Assembly (NCBI GenBank): GCA_903895695.1
Contig: CAITUY010000085.1
Location: 25,052 to 89,051 of the forward strand
From: an uncultured bacterium
Lineage (GTDB): Bacteria; Verrucomicrobiota; Kiritimatiellia; CAIKKV01; CAITUY01
DNA: 64,000 bases
Direction of reading: 5' to 3'
The notes beneath the pieces were generated by a model, which was not told the DNA's origin, searched no databases, and was given only the letters and a program-made list of their open reading frames with translations. The translations under genes and the position numbers were made by a program. How positions within the stretch are numbered: position 1 is the stretch's first letter; each line of letters opens with the position of its first letter. Shown here piece by piece: positions 1 through 10,052 of the stretch.

Positions 1-771
1 AGGTTCAGGCGGATTTGCTCCCACTCGCCCGATGGGAAGAACTCCAGCAAACGGTGGATGGCCATGGAGGCGGTGCCCGAGTGGAGGGTGGTGAACACGA
101 GATGGCCGGTTTCGGCGGCCGCCAACGCAGTCCGGAAGCCGATCTGGTCGCGCATTTCGCCAATGACGATCACGTCTGGGTCCTGGCGGAGCACATGCTT
201 CAACGCGTCCGGGTAACTGAGGGTGTCGAGCCCAACCTCGCGTTGAGAGATAAGCGACTGCTTGTCGACGAACATGTACTCGATCGGGTCCTCAATCGTG
301 ATGATCCGCAGCTTTTCGGTCTCGTTCAGCAGGTTCAGGAGGGCCGCCAGCGTCGTGGACTTCCCTGAGCCCGTGGCGCCGCTGACGATCACGATGCCGC
401 GGGGCGCCTTGGCGATCTTGGTCAGCACGGGGGGCAGGTTGAGGTCTTCCAGCGTCGGCACCTTGGTTTTGACGTAGCGGAAGGCAAAGGCGGGCACGCC
501 CTGGGTCATGAAGGCATTAACGCGAAAGCGGCCGACTTTCGGGATGAAATAGGCGAAGTCGGCTTCATGCCGCTCCGTGAAGACGCTCAACAGGTGCGGC
601 GGCAGGATGGCTTTGAGCGCATCGTTCAACTCGGCGGCGGTTAGGGGCGGAAGGTCTGTCTCCTTCAGTTCGCTGTGGACACGGAAGCATGGCCGTTGGT
701 CCACTTTCAGGTGGATGTCGGATGCCTCGTTCTCCTTAGCCTGTGCCAGCAATGTGTCGAGCGATAGCATG
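1..771 (-). CDS. pilT: Twitching-motility ATPase PilT (type IV pilus retraction ATPase), 3' end truncated by window edge
   Basis: Reverse-strand translation starting at ATG 771 reads MLSLDTLLAQAKENEASDIHLKVDQRP...GIVIVSGATGSGKSTTLAALLN...IITIEDPIEYMF...DPDVIVIGEMRD...TGHLVFTTLHS: Walker A plus the Asp box and His box typical of PilT/PilU. Not in the ORF track because it runs off the window. Confidence 0.85.
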
Positions 772-973
772 GACCTACTCCTGTGCGCCGCGGGTTAGGC
801 GGATCAAAGCAAAACCAGCAGGGGATGACAAGCGTCGCAAACCGGCCGGATCGCCGTCCGGGTGCCTCGACTGGCGTCTGGCCTGCGACAGGTTCACGGC
901 GTGAAGGGCGGCTCGGTTGTGATTCCTGCGGCCGTGTGCTAAGTTGCCGCCGTCCAGAGCAAGGAAGACGAAG

Positions 974-1993
974 ATGATTATTGTCATGCGGGAAGGCGCC
1001 TCGCGGCGCGAGATAGACGAAGTTCAGGAGGAGATCAAGCGGATGGGGTATACCCCGCATCCGATCATAGGCGTGGAACGGACGGTGATCGGCGCCATCG
1101 GCGACGAGCGCGACAAAGCTCGTCTGCAGGAACTGGAGACCGCCCCGGGCGTGGAGCGCGTCATACCCATCCTCAAGCCCTACAAGCTGGCCGGGTTGGA
1201 GCTGAAGAAAGAGAAATCCCTGGTGGCGGTTGGCAGGGATGCCGTATTCGGCGGCAAGCGGATTCCGGTGATCGCCGGCCCCTGTTCGGTAGAGAGTCAC
1301 GAGCAGATTTGCCGCACTGCGGAGGCCGTGAAGGCCGCGGGTGCCACGCTGCTCCGCGGCGGCGCCTATAAGCCACGCACATCGCCCTATGCGTTTCAGG
1401 GTCTGGAAGAAGAGGGGCTCAAGATGTTGGCGGCCGCCCGCGACTGCACAGGGCTTCCGGTGGTTACCGAGGTGATGAAGGAGAGCGTGCTCGATCTCGT
1501 GGCCCGCTATGCGGATGTGCTGCAAATCGGCGCGCGCAACATGCAGAACTTCGATCTGCTCAAGGCCGTGGGCCAGCTCCGCAAGCCCATCCTGCTCAAG
1601 CGCGGACTAGCCAACACGGTCCGCGAGTGGCTGATGTCGGCCGAGTACATCATGGCGCAGGGCAACATGCAGGTGATCCTGTGCGAGCGCGGCATCCGCA
1701 CGTTCGAGACGGCCACACGCAACACGCTGGACCTGAGTGCGATTTCCGTTCTCAGGCGGGAGACCCACCTGCCTGTGGTCGTCGATCCGAGCCACGCCAC
1801 GGGCGTCGCCGCCTACGTGGAGAGTATGACCCTGGCCGCCGTGGCGGCAGGTGCGGACGGTATCATGATCGAGGTGCATCCCAATCCCCACGAAGCTTGG
1901 TCCGACGGCGCGCAGTCGCTGACCCCGGCGGCATTCGCGGGCGTGATGGGGAAGGCGAAAGCCGTGGCCGCCGCCGTGGGACGGGAGATTTGA
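974..1993 (+). CDS. aroF: 3-deoxy-7-phosphoheptulonate (DAHP) synthase, class I-beta with N-terminal ferredoxin-like regulatory domain
   Basis: [26 protein letters not shown] regulatory domain, then a KDSA/DAHPS TIM barrel ([31 protein letters not shown]). Internal ATG at 974 preferred over the ORF-track start 944. Confidence 0.85.
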   Translation: MIIVMREGASRREIDEVQEEIKRMGYTPHPIIGVERTVIGAIGDERDKARLQELETAPGVERVIPILKPYKLAGLELKKEKSLVAVGRDAVFGGKRIPVIAGPCSVESHEQICRTAEAVKAAGATLLRGGAYKPRTSPYAFQGLEEEGLKMLAAARDCTGLPVVTEVMKESVLDLVARYADVLQIGARNMQNFDLLKAVGQLRKPILLKRGLANTVREWLMSAEYIMAQGNMQVILCERGIRTFETATRNTLDLSAISVLRRETHLPVVVDPSHATGVAAYVESMTLAAVAAGADGIMIEVHPNPHEAWSDGAQSLTPAAFAGVMGKAKAVAAAVGREI

Positions 1994-2002
1994 GGCAGCC
2001 TG

Positions 2003-2980
2003 CTACTCTCGCGGCTTAAAAGTCGACACTCGACCGAGTTCCTCGAACAGTTCCCGCTCACGGGCGCTCAGGCGTTTGGGAACAACAATCCGGAGCACCG
2101 CGAAGAGGTCGCCCGGGGTGGTTTTGTGCGGCAGCCCCTTGCCGCGCAGGCGGAGGCGATGCCCCGACTCGCTGCCGGGAGGAATTTGGATGGCGGCTTG
2201 CCCGTCGGGCGTGGGCACCGTGATGCGGGCGCCGAGGGCCGCCTCCCACGGAGTGACCGGCACCTCAGTCTCCAGATCGTGGCCGTCAACTTTGAAGCGC
2301 GAATCCGGGGCTAGGTTGACGTTCAGGAAGAGATCACCGGCCTGCCCGCCGTTCCCGGCGCCGCCGCCCTGTCCGGCCAGCCGGATGCGGGCGCCCTGCG
2401 TGGTTCCCGCGGGAATGCGTACTTCGTAGGTGCGCGTGCGGCGTTGGACGCGCCCTCGGGCGTCGGGCTCCGCGAACTGCAGGGAGATGCTCTTCTTGGC
2501 GCCCCGATAGGCGTCATCGAGCGAGATGGTGACGGATGCCTCCTGGTCCTGGCCCCGATCCGACCAGCCGGCTTCTTCGGCCCACGGGCCGCCGCCTTGG
2601 CCCGCCTGGCGGAACCGTTCGCCGAAGATCGATTCGAAGAAGTCGCTGAAATCGGCGCCTTGCCGCGGGTCGAACCCGCCGCGGGGCGCACCGCGGAACT
2701 CGTAGCGGGCGCCGCCGCCACCCCAGCCGGGCGGCGGCTGGAAGTCCTGGCCCGCCTGCCAGTTGGGACCGAGTTCATCGTAGCGCTTGCGCTTCTCGAC
2801 GTCGCCGAGCACTTCGTACGCTTCGGAAACCTCCTTGAAGCGGTTCTCGGTGCCGGCGGATTTGCTGACATCCGGGTGGTACTTGCGCGCCAGGCGGCGG
2901 TACGACTTCTTGATCTCGTCCGCCGAGGCCGTGCGCGGTACTTCAAGGACTTCGTAGTAGTCTTTGTATTTCAGCGCCAT
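2003..2980 (-). CDS. cbpA: DnaJ-class chaperone, CbpA-like (J domain plus DnaJ C-terminal domains, no Zn finger)
   Basis: KDYYEVLEVPRTASADEIKKSYRRLARKYHPD J domain with HPD motif, Gly-rich linker, C-terminal DnaJ_C-like beta domains. Confidence 0.8.
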   Translation of the reverse strand: MALKYKDYYEVLEVPRTASADEIKKSYRRLARKYHPDVSKSAGTENRFKEVSEAYEVLGDVEKRKRYDELGPNWQAGQDFQPPPGWGGGGARYEFRGAPRGGFDPRQGADFSDFFESIFGERFRQAGQGGGPWAEEAGWSDRGQDQEASVTISLDDAYRGAKKSISLQFAEPDARGRVQRRTRTYEVRIPAGTTQGARIRLAGQGGGAGNGGQAGDLFLNVNLAPDSRFKVDGHDLETEVPVTPWEAALGARITVPTPDGQAAIQIPPGSESGHRLRLRGKGLPHKTTPGDLFAVLRIVVPKRLSARERELFEELGRVSTFKPRE

Positions 2981-3755
2981 GGGTCGCCTTTTCCTCCCGT
3001 TTCACTTCATTCCAGTGCGCGTCGAGTTCGGCGAGGCTGCAGTCGGTCATGGTCTTGCCTTGCGCATGCACGCGCTGCTCGATGGCCTGGAAGCGGCGCG
3101 CGAATTTGTCGACCGTGCCGGCGAGTAACTCCTCGGCCTGGAATTTCTGGAAGCGGCTGAGATTCACCACGGCGAAAAGGAGATCGCCGATTTCCTCGGC
3201 CACGTCCTCGCGGTCGCCGCGCAGTATGGCCTCCTTGACCTCGGCCAGTTCCTCGTCAACCTTGGCGACGACGTCGTGCAAGGCCGTCCAGTCGAATCCC
3301 ACGCGGGCGGCGCGACTCTGGACCTGATGCGCCTTCATGAGCGCCGGCAGATGGCGCGGAACGCCCTCCACCACCGACCGACGGCCGGTCTTCTTCTCCC
3401 TGGCCTTGATGGCTTCCCACTTGGTCAGAACATCCTTGGAACCGGTCACTTTCACGTCGGCGAACACGTGGGGATGCCGGCGGATGAGTTTCTCCGCCAG
3501 GGTCAGGCAAATGTCGTCGAAACCGAACTGGCCGGCTTCCTGCCGGAGTTGCACCTGGAAGACGATCTGCAGCAGGAGGTCGCCGAGTTCCTCCTTGTGC
3601 TTTTCGGCATCGCCGGAGTCGATGGCATCGATGAGTTCGTAGCATTCCTCGATGACGAACGGCTTCAGCGTGGCGAGCGATTGCTCGCGGTCCCACGGGC
3701 AGCCGCCCTGGGGATCGCGGAGCCGCCGCATGATTTCGAGTACCTGGTCAATCGG
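2943..3755 (-). CDS. mazG: Nucleoside triphosphate pyrophosphohydrolase MazG
   Basis: MTKPIDQVLEIMRRLRDPQGGCPWDREQS...EECYELIDAI, with a second EEIGDLLFAVVNL repeat (tandem MazG domains). Start chosen at the MTKPID Met (3755); 38-nt overlap with cbpA start. Confidence 0.8.
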   Translation of the reverse strand, partial: PIDQVLEIMRRLRDPQGGCPWDREQSLATLKPFVIEECYELIDAIDSGDAEKHKEELGDLLLQIVFQVQLRQEAGQFGFDDICLTLAEKLIRRHPHVFADVKVTGSKDVLTKWEAIKAREKKTGRRSVVEGVPRHLPALMKAHQVQSRAARVGFDWTALHDVVAKVDEELAEVKEAILRGDREDVAEEIGDLLFAVVNLSRFQKFQAEELLAGTVDKFARRFQAIEQRVHAQGKTMTDCSLAELDAHWNEVKREEKATHGAEIQRLLRSP

Positions 3756-5037
3756 CTTGGTCATGGATTCGCTTGCTCGTTCGGATGGCGCAAAAATCGC
3801 GGCCGCACATGGAACAGTGGTCGGTTTCCTGGCCGTCGCACGCGCGGGTCTGCTCGTAGCGGGCGCGGGCGCGGACCGGGTCGATCGAGAGGGCGAACTG
3901 GCGCTCCCAGTTGAAGGCCATGCGGGCCTCGGCCATGGCGTCATCGGCGGCCCGGGCGCCGGGCAGGCCGCGCGCCACGTCGGCGGCGTGGGCCGCAATC
4001 CGGTAGGCGATCACGCCCTGGTGCACTTCTTCCTCAGTCGGTAAGCCAAGGTGTTCGGCGGGGGTCACGTAGCAGAGCAGCGAAGCCCCATAGACGGCGG
4101 CCGCGGTGGCGCCAATGGCCGACGTGATGTGGTCGTAGCCCGGCGCAATGTCGGTCACGACCGGCCCGAGCACATAGAACGGGGCGTGGTCGCACACGCG
4201 TTGCTGCCGCTCCATGTTCTCCTGGATCTGGTTGAAGGGCACGTGGCCGGGGCCCTCGACCATGACTTGCACGCCTTCGCGGCGGCACCAGTGCACGAGT
4301 TCGCCGAGCACGTCCAGTTCACCGTACTGGGCCGCATCGCTGGCGTCGGCCAGGCAGCCGGGGCGCAGCCCGTCGCCGAGCGACAATGTCACGTCATGGG
4401 CCTTGCAGATCGCTAGAATTTCCGGCCAGTGGGTGAAGAGCGGGTTCTCCTGCTTGTGCTTCATCATCCACTCGGCCATGAGCGCGCCGCCGCGGCTGAC
4501 GATGCCCATCTTGCGCTGCAAGGCCAGGGGCACGTGGCGGCGCAGCAGGCCGGCGTGCAGGGTCATGAAGTCCACGCCCTGCTTCGCCTGGTCCTCAATG
4601 ACCTCGAGCAGTACCTGCGCCGTCAGTTTCAGGCTTTCGCCGCCCAGGCGCGATACGGCCTCGTAGATCGGGACCGTGCCCAGCGGGACCGGGCTGTGGT
4701 CAAGCATGCCCTGGCGGATGGCCGTCAAGTCGACGCCGACGCTCAGGTCCATGACGAAGTCCGCGCCGGCCTTGAGCGCCACGTCCAGCTTGCGGAGTTC
4801 TTCCGGTTCGGCGGAGCGCTCGGTCGAGCGGCCGAGGTTCGCATTGACCTTGGTCCTGAACGGCCGGCCTACGACCATCGGCTGGCGGGGGGCGTGCGCA
4901 GGATTGAAGGGGATGACGGCCCGGCCGGAAGCCACCGCGTCGAGCACGGTCTCTTGCGCCACGCCTTCAGCTTGGGCGACCGTCTTCATAACGGGAGTGA
5001 TTTCCCGGTTCTTGGCGTATTCAAGTTGCGTTGTCAT
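3748..5037 (-). CDS. thiC: Phosphomethylpyrimidine synthase ThiC
   Basis: MTTQLEYAKNREITPVMK...GPGHVPFNQIQENMERQ...CSMCGRDFCAIR (radical-SAM C-terminal CxxCxxxxC of ThiC). Start at 5037 (MTTQ). Confidence 0.9.
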   Translation of the reverse strand: MTTQLEYAKNREITPVMKTVAQAEGVAQETVLDAVASGRAVIPFNPAHAPRQPMVVGRPFRTKVNANLGRSTERSAEPEELRKLDVALKAGADFVMDLSVGVDLTAIRQGMLDHSPVPLGTVPIYEAVSRLGGESLKLTAQVLLEVIEDQAKQGVDFMTLHAGLLRRHVPLALQRKMGIVSRGGALMAEWMMKHKQENPLFTHWPEILAICKAHDVTLSLGDGLRPGCLADASDAAQYGELDVLGELVHWCRREGVQVMVEGPGHVPFNQIQENMERQQRVCDHAPFYVLGPVVTDIAPGYDHITSAIGATAAAVYGASLLCYVTPAEHLGLPTEEEVHQGVIAYRIAAHAADVARGLPGARAADDAMAEARMAFNWERQFALSIDPVRARARYEQTRACDGQETDHCSMCGRDFCAIRTSKRIHDQAD

Positions 5038-5154
5038 AGGTCGTAATTGTCTTTCGGCGGACAAGGGTAGGCGTTTTCGGGGCAGGGGTCAACCACGCGA
5101 GGGGACACCACGCGAGGGGAACAGTAGACAGTGAGCAGTGAATGGTTAACAGTC

Positions 5155-6720
5155 TCAGCGCGAGACCAGTTCCCGAAAGACCGACGGCAGTTCCTCTATC
5201 ACGTCCGAGGCGCAGAGGCTGGCCTGTGAGCGGCGCCAAGCGGCGTTGTCGCCTGCGCGGCCGTGCAGGAACACTCCCGCGCAGGCGGCTTGGAAAGGCG
5301 ACAGACCCTGGGCCATGAGGCCGCCGATCAGGCCGGCCAACACATCACCCATGCCGCCGGTTGCCATGCCGGCGTTGCCGGTCAGGTTGACGTGCAGGGG
5401 TTTGCCGTCCTGCACGACGAGAGTTCCGGCGCCTTTAAGCACCACCACGGCTTTCGTGAGCGCGGCCGCGCGCCGCGCCGCCGTTTCACGGTCGCCCTGG
5501 ATCTCGGCCGTCGTGCAGCCCAGCAGCCGGGCGAGTTCGCCGGGATGCGGGGTGATCACGAGCGGGCCGGCTGCGCGGGCCAGTTCGTCTGCACAGCCTT
5601 CGAATACGTTCAAGGCGTCGGCGTCGAGCAGGAGCGGCTTCGTGCAGGTACGCAACAGGTGGCGCACCCAGGCGGCGGTATCGGCATGGGGCGTCATGCC
5701 CGGGCCGGCCACGATGGCGTCGAAGGTGTTGGCGCGCGCTTCCCACGCCGGCCAGGCGGCGGCGCTCAGGGAGCCGGCCTCGGTTTCGGCAACGGGGTGA
5801 GTCATGACCTCCAGTGAGGCCCCGGCGACGATGGGATAGATGCCGCGCGGCACGACGGCCGTGGTGAGGCCGACGCCCGATCGTGATGCGGCCCGCGCCG
5901 CCATGGCGGCGGCGCCGGCAAAGCCGGTGGCCCCGCCGATAACCAGGACATGCCCGTACAGGCCCTTATGCGCGTCATTCGGCCGGCGCGGCAGATGGCG
6001 GCGAACGTCCCAACCGGTGATCAGCTCGCGGTCGCTTTCGTAGCGGTTGGCCAACTCGATGGGGATGCCGATGCTCACCACGTCGAGGCTGCCGACGTAA
6101 CGGATCGCCTTGGGCACCAGCAGGCCGGCCTTCGGGAGCCCAATGGTGGCCGTCACGTCCGCCACCACCGTTTCCCCGGGCGCCTCGCCCGTGTCCGCGT
6201 TCAGGCCCGACGGGACGTCGATGGAGATGACGACGTTATCCTCGGAAATGGCATTGATGTAGTGGATGGCGCCCGCGACCGGGCCACGGGCCGGTCCGTT
6301 GACCCCGATGCCGAGGACGCCATCCACCACGATCATCGCGCTGTTGGCCCCGTGCACGGCGTCTTCCCAGTCTTCCATGGTCGGCAGCTCGTGCAGCGGG
6401 ATTCCGGCCTGGCGCATCTTGCTGAGATGGCGAAGCGCATCGCCGCGCACCTCGGAGGCGGTTCCGGCGAGCAGAACTTCGACGTCGAAATCATCCTCGT
6501 GCAGATACCAGGCGGCGGCAAAGGCGTCGCCGCCGTTATTGCCGCGGCCCGCGATCAACTGCACGAACACGTCGCCCATGCGGCCCTGGTCGGCTATGAA
6601 ACTCACGACGGACGCGATGCCGCTTCCGGCTCGGCGCATGAGTTCCACACCGGCAATCTCGAATTCCGCGGATGCAATCTTGTCGAGTTCGCGCATCTGG
6701 GCGGTGGTGATCGCTTTCAT
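5155..6720 (-). CDS. nnr: Bifunctional NAD(P)H-hydrate repair enzyme Nnr (NnrE epimerase plus NnrD ADP-dependent dehydratase)
   Basis: N-terminal YjeF-N (LIAGRGNNGGDAFAAAW) and C-terminal carbohydrate-kinase-like YjeF-C (KGLYGHVLVIGGATGFAGAAAMAA...GGMGDVLAG) domains. Confidence 0.85.
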   Translation of the reverse strand: MKAITTAQMRELDKIASAEFEIAGVELMRRAGSGIASVVSFIADQGRMGDVFVQLIAGRGNNGGDAFAAAWYLHEDDFDVEVLLAGTASEVRGDALRHLSKMRQAGIPLHELPTMEDWEDAVHGANSAMIVVDGVLGIGVNGPARGPVAGAIHYINAISEDNVVISIDVPSGLNADTGEAPGETVVADVTATIGLPKAGLLVPKAIRYVGSLDVVSIGIPIELANRYESDRELITGWDVRRHLPRRPNDAHKGLYGHVLVIGGATGFAGAAAMAARAASRSGVGLTTAVVPRGIYPIVAGASLEVMTHPVAETEAGSLSAAAWPAWEARANTFDAIVAGPGMTPHADTAAWVRHLLRTCTKPLLLDADALNVFEGCADELARAAGPLVITPHPGELARLLGCTTAEIQGDRETAARRAAALTKAVVVLKGAGTLVVQDGKPLHVNLTGNAGMATGGMGDVLAGLIGGLMAQGLSPFQAACAGVFLHGRAGDNAAWRRSQASLCASDVIEELPSVFRELVSR

Positions 6721-7136
6721 GGGCGGAGTTCCTCGGTGGCATCGGCCATCAGCAGCGCGTGGGCTACGGCAAAGTGGTGCGTGTGCGAGAGGCTGATGAG
6801 AACGCGGGTCACGCCGCGCGAGCGGGCCAGTTCGCTGCCCTGGGTCCCGAGCCGCACCGATGGGGCGCCCGTTTCGGGATTGCGCACAACCTCGATATCG
6901 AGCCAGCCGATCGACGGACCGATCCCCGTGCCAAATGCCTTGGAAACGGCCTCCTTCACGGCGAACCGGCCGGCGTAGTAGAGCCAGGGCGAGGCTTTAC
7001 TTTCGCAGTATTCCTGTTCGGCCGGCAGGAACACGCGCTCGCGAAAGCGCGCCCCCCATTTTTCCAGCAGAAGGCGCAGGCGCTCGTTTTCCACCAGGTC
7101 GACGCCCGTCCCGACCACGTTGCCGGAAGGCGTCAC
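6717..7136 (-). CDS. acpS: Holo-[acyl-carrier-protein] synthase (4'-phosphopantetheinyl transferase)
   Basis: GVDLVENERL...FAVKEAVSKAFGTG...ISLSHTHHFAVAHALL; ~139 aa; 4-nt overlaps with nnr and pdxJ. Confidence 0.85.
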   Translation of the reverse strand: MTPSGNVVGTGVDLVENERLRLLLEKWGARFRERVFLPAEQEYCESKASPWLYYAGRFAVKEAVSKAFGTGIGPSIGWLDIEVVRNPETGAPSVRLGTQGSELARSRGVTRVLISLSHTHHFAVAHALLMADATEELRP

Positions 7137-7879
7137 CGCGTGCCTCCGCGGTAAGGACGCAGAGCGGCCAGCATGGCGCGCACGGCCGGCCGCAGGCCAA
7201 CGAAGATCGCGTCGCAGATGATGCTGTGGCCGATGTTAAGCGTGTCGAGGTGCGGCAGGCGCAGGATCGCGCCGACGTTGTCCAGATTGATGCCGTGCCC
7301 CGCATTGACGCACAGACCAAGGTCATGCGCCAGACGCGCACCGGCGATCAGACGCTGCAATTCCTGACGAGCCTTGGCGCCGCGGGCGTCGCAGAAGGTG
7401 CCGGTGTGCAGTTCAATGTAGGGCGCGCCCACAGCGACCGCCGCGCGGATCTGGCGGGGGTCGGGCGCTATGAACAGGCTCACGCAGATGCCGGCGGCCT
7501 TGAGACGGTCGATGGTTCGCCCCAGTTGGCGCGCCTGGCCCGCCACGTCGAGCCCGCCTTCGGTAGTCAGCTCGCGGCGACGCTCGGGAACCAGGCAGAC
7601 TTCGTGCGGCTTTACGTCCAGGGCCACGCCGACGATGTCGGGGTTATTGGCCATTTCCAGGTTCAGCCGCGTGCCGATAGAGCGCCGCAAGGCGTAGACG
7701 TCGCGATCCTGGATGTGCCGGCGGTCTTCGCGCAGATGGACCGTGATGCCGGCGGCGCCGGCGGCTTCACAGACACGCGCGGCTTCCACCACGTCAGGGT
7801 AGGTTGTGCCGCGCACCTGACGCAAGGTGGCCACATGGTCGATGTTGACGCCAAGCCGGCAGGGCTGCACTTTCTTCAT
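7133..7879 (-). CDS. pdxJ: Pyridoxine 5'-phosphate synthase PdxJ
   Basis: LGVNIDHVATLRQVRGTTYPDVV...ITVHLREDRRHIQDRDV...ELHTG; start at MKKVQ (7879). Confidence 0.9.
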   Translation of the reverse strand: MKKVQPCRLGVNIDHVATLRQVRGTTYPDVVEAARVCEAAGAAGITVHLREDRRHIQDRDVYALRRSIGTRLNLEMANNPDIVGVALDVKPHEVCLVPERRRELTTEGGLDVAGQARQLGRTIDRLKAAGICVSLFIAPDPRQIRAAVAVGAPYIELHTGTFCDARGAKARQELQRLIAGARLAHDLGLCVNAGHGINLDNVGAILRLPHLDTLNIGHSIICDAIFVGLRPAVRAMLAALRPYRGGTR

Positions 7880-8086
7880 GGTAGCACTCATAGGGTTTCG
7901 GCGTTGTCATATACACCACGCGTTATAGGGGCGGCAAGCCCACAACAGATGGGATCTGCCTGCTCTCCGCGCTTTTTTCCTTCCGCTGGCGGCGTCCAGC
8001 CCCTAACGTTTGCACAACTACCTGGCTGAACCGTTGTGTGGCCGATCGGGATCGTAAGGGCCTGAGAACCGTGGAGGAGAACCGAA

Positions 8087-8437
8087 ATGATCGCACGTAC
8101 TGTCTTGATTGCCTGCCTCATGGGTATGGCCATGGTCGTGGGATGTTCTACACCCCGGACACAGCCGGCACGTATTGCCGGTGCTTCGGTGAGCCCGGCC
8201 CAGCCAGCCAGAACCCTTGAGGACTTCCAGTCCCGGCTGGCCAAAGGCCTGACTCCCAAGATGGCCGAGGGAAGGTTTGGAAAGCCGGATAAGGTCATCG
8301 GGAGCGGCCTCCTGATCTACGTCTACGCACTAGCGGACGGGCGGGAAATCCTGCTGGGTTTCCCGGGACTGGGACCCATCCTGTATGCAAAGGTGAGAGC
8401 GCCGGATGGACGCACCGTAGAACTGAACCTCAAGTAG
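8087..8437 (+). CDS. Small lipoprotein of unknown function
   Basis: Signal peptide with lipobox MAMVVGC|S; GGAGGAG RBS 10 nt upstream of ATG. Confidence 0.6.
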   Translation: MIARTVLIACLMGMAMVVGCSTPRTQPARIAGASVSPAQPARTLEDFQSRLAKGLTPKMAEGRFGKPDKVIGSGLLIYVYALADGREILLGFPGLGPILYAKVRAPDGRTVELNLK

Positions 8438-8439
8438 AA

Positions 8440-9096
8440 TCAGAAGAAGACATCGCACGCCGGCAGGGCCTTGCGGATGCGATTCTTCTCCGCCTCGGGC
8501 AGCGGGTTGCCCGTGAGATACAGTCGCTTCAGGTTCTTCGTCCAGCCACTCATGTCGGCCGGCAGGTCTGTCAACTGATTGCTGTTCAGGCGCAACCATT
8601 TGAGCGACGCCAGTCGGCCCAGTTCCGGCGGCAGGGACGTTAATTTGTTCCGGTCGAGGTTCAAGTAGGTCAGTTTCGGTAAGTCGCCCAGGCTGGCTGG
8701 AACGGCGACGAGCGCATTGTCGTTGAGATAGAGGGCCGTCAGCGCGGGTAGGCGGCCGAGCGCAGGTGGCAGGTTGGTCAGCCCGGTCTGGCCCAGGTCC
8801 AACCAGCAAATCTTCGGGAGGGCCGCGATGCCGTCCGGCACGGTGCCGATGGCGTTCTTCCGCAGGCTGAGCCGTTCCAGGTTGGTGGCCGCAAGAAGCG
8901 GCTCCGGGAATCCCCGTAGGCTGTGATCGCAGAGGTCGACGTTGCGGACGATCGCAATTTTCTTGATAGCGTCGTCCAGCGTGGTCACCTTCTCGCCGAC
9001 ATCGGGCTTCTTCCAGAACTGGTCCGACGGTGAGCAGCCACTGACGAGCAGGGCTGCAAGTACCGTCCAAAGCCATCGTTTTGTGGAGTTATTCAT
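8440..9096 (-). CDS. Leucine-rich-repeat lipoprotein
   Basis: MNNSTKRWLWTVLAALLVSGCS lipobox, then ~8 LRRs (LxxLxLxxNxLtxLP). Start at MNN (9096) rather than the long upstream ORF extension. Confidence 0.75.
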   Translation of the reverse strand: MNNSTKRWLWTVLAALLVSGCSPSDQFWKKPDVGEKVTTLDDAIKKIAIVRNVDLCDHSLRGFPEPLLAATNLERLSLRKNAIGTVPDGIAALPKICWLDLGQTGLTNLPPALGRLPALTALYLNDNALVAVPASLGDLPKLTYLNLDRNKLTSLPPELGRLASLKWLRLNSNQLTDLPADMSGWTKNLKRLYLTGNPLPEAEKNRIRKALPACDVFF

Positions 9097-9131
9097 CGAA
9101 TTGGGATAGGGGTTGAGCGGAATATGCTTCG

Positions 9132-9779
9132 TCAACCTGCCTGAACCTTCTTCTGCCGCTGCCGCCAGGCATACACCATGATCATCGCCACGCAACTGAC
9201 CGCAGCAATATAAGCCGCAAGTTTGCCGTACGTCATGTACATTGCGTTCAATTGTTCCGTCGTCTTTCCCGCGCTTTCTTTTCCTATGCAATAGCCGATG
9301 ACGGTCAGAATCGAGCACCAGATTGCCGAGCCGGCGGCGGTGTAGGCCATGAATCGCGCCAGGCTCATCTTCGCGAGACCCGCCGGGAATGAAATCAGAT
9401 GTCGCACGCCGAAAATCAAACGGCCCGTGAATGTGCCGATTTCGCCGTGACGCAGAAAGAATCTTTCCATTTTTTCGAACTTATGTGGCGGGCAGAGAAA
9501 GTATTTGCCAAATTTGGTGAAGAACGGGCGGCCGAGAAAGAAGGCGACGCCATAGTTGATTCCCGCGCCGACCATGCAGCCGAGCGTGCCGACGATGACC
9601 GCCAGCGTTCCGCTCATCTGGCCCATCGTTGCCGCGGCATAACCCGCTGGCGGCATTACCAGTTCGCTCGGCACCGGCACAATCGTGCTCTCCAGCGTCA
9701 TCAAAACGAAGATGCCGGGATAGCCCCAGTTGTTTATCAAATGGACCAGATACTGAATCGCTTCGTGAACATGCTGCAT
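9132..9779 (-). CDS. dedA: DedA/SNARE-associated (TVP38/TMEM64) family membrane protein
   Basis: YPGIFVLMTLESTIVPVPSE...FFLGRPFFTKFGKYF...GRLIFGVRHLISFPAG; start at MQHVHEAIQYL. Confidence 0.75.
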   Translation of the reverse strand: MQHVHEAIQYLVHLINNWGYPGIFVLMTLESTIVPVPSELVMPPAGYAAATMGQMSGTLAVIVGTLGCMVGAGINYGVAFFLGRPFFTKFGKYFLCPPHKFEKMERFFLRHGEIGTFTGRLIFGVRHLISFPAGLAKMSLARFMAYTAAGSAIWCSILTVIGYCIGKESAGKTTEQLNAMYMTYGKLAAYIAAVSCVAMIMVYAWRQRQKKVQAG

Positions 9780-10052
9780 GGTGTCGCTCCAAAGGCGCAC
9801 GGTTTTGCCACATCCTAAAGGAGGCGGCAAGCCTCGAATGGGCTGGTGATGCCAGTTGGCGGTGTGGCGAGCGGGCACCGTCACGGTTGTGGCCAGCCGG
9901 TGTGCGAGGGCATGCGCCGTGCGCCGCCGAGAATAGCGTTCCCAGACGGGCCCGTTTCCAATACTGTTCTTGCGGACAGAGTGATCGTAGGCTTCCGGGT
10001 TGCTGAGTAATAGATGGCTGCCCCGGCGAATTCCTTTTGGAGGATAGTTCCA

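Noticed and set aside
15-798. Plus-strand ORFs 15-368, 262-477, 577-798
   Set aside because: Shadow ORFs antisense to pilT. The minus-strand frame gives a textbook PilT sequence; the plus-strand products are low-complexity Arg/Gly-rich.
5038-5154. Confident TPP riboswitch annotation
   Set aside because: Only the CUGAGA box is recognisable by eye; other conserved THI-box segments were not found. Kept as a low-interest finding, not as a feature.
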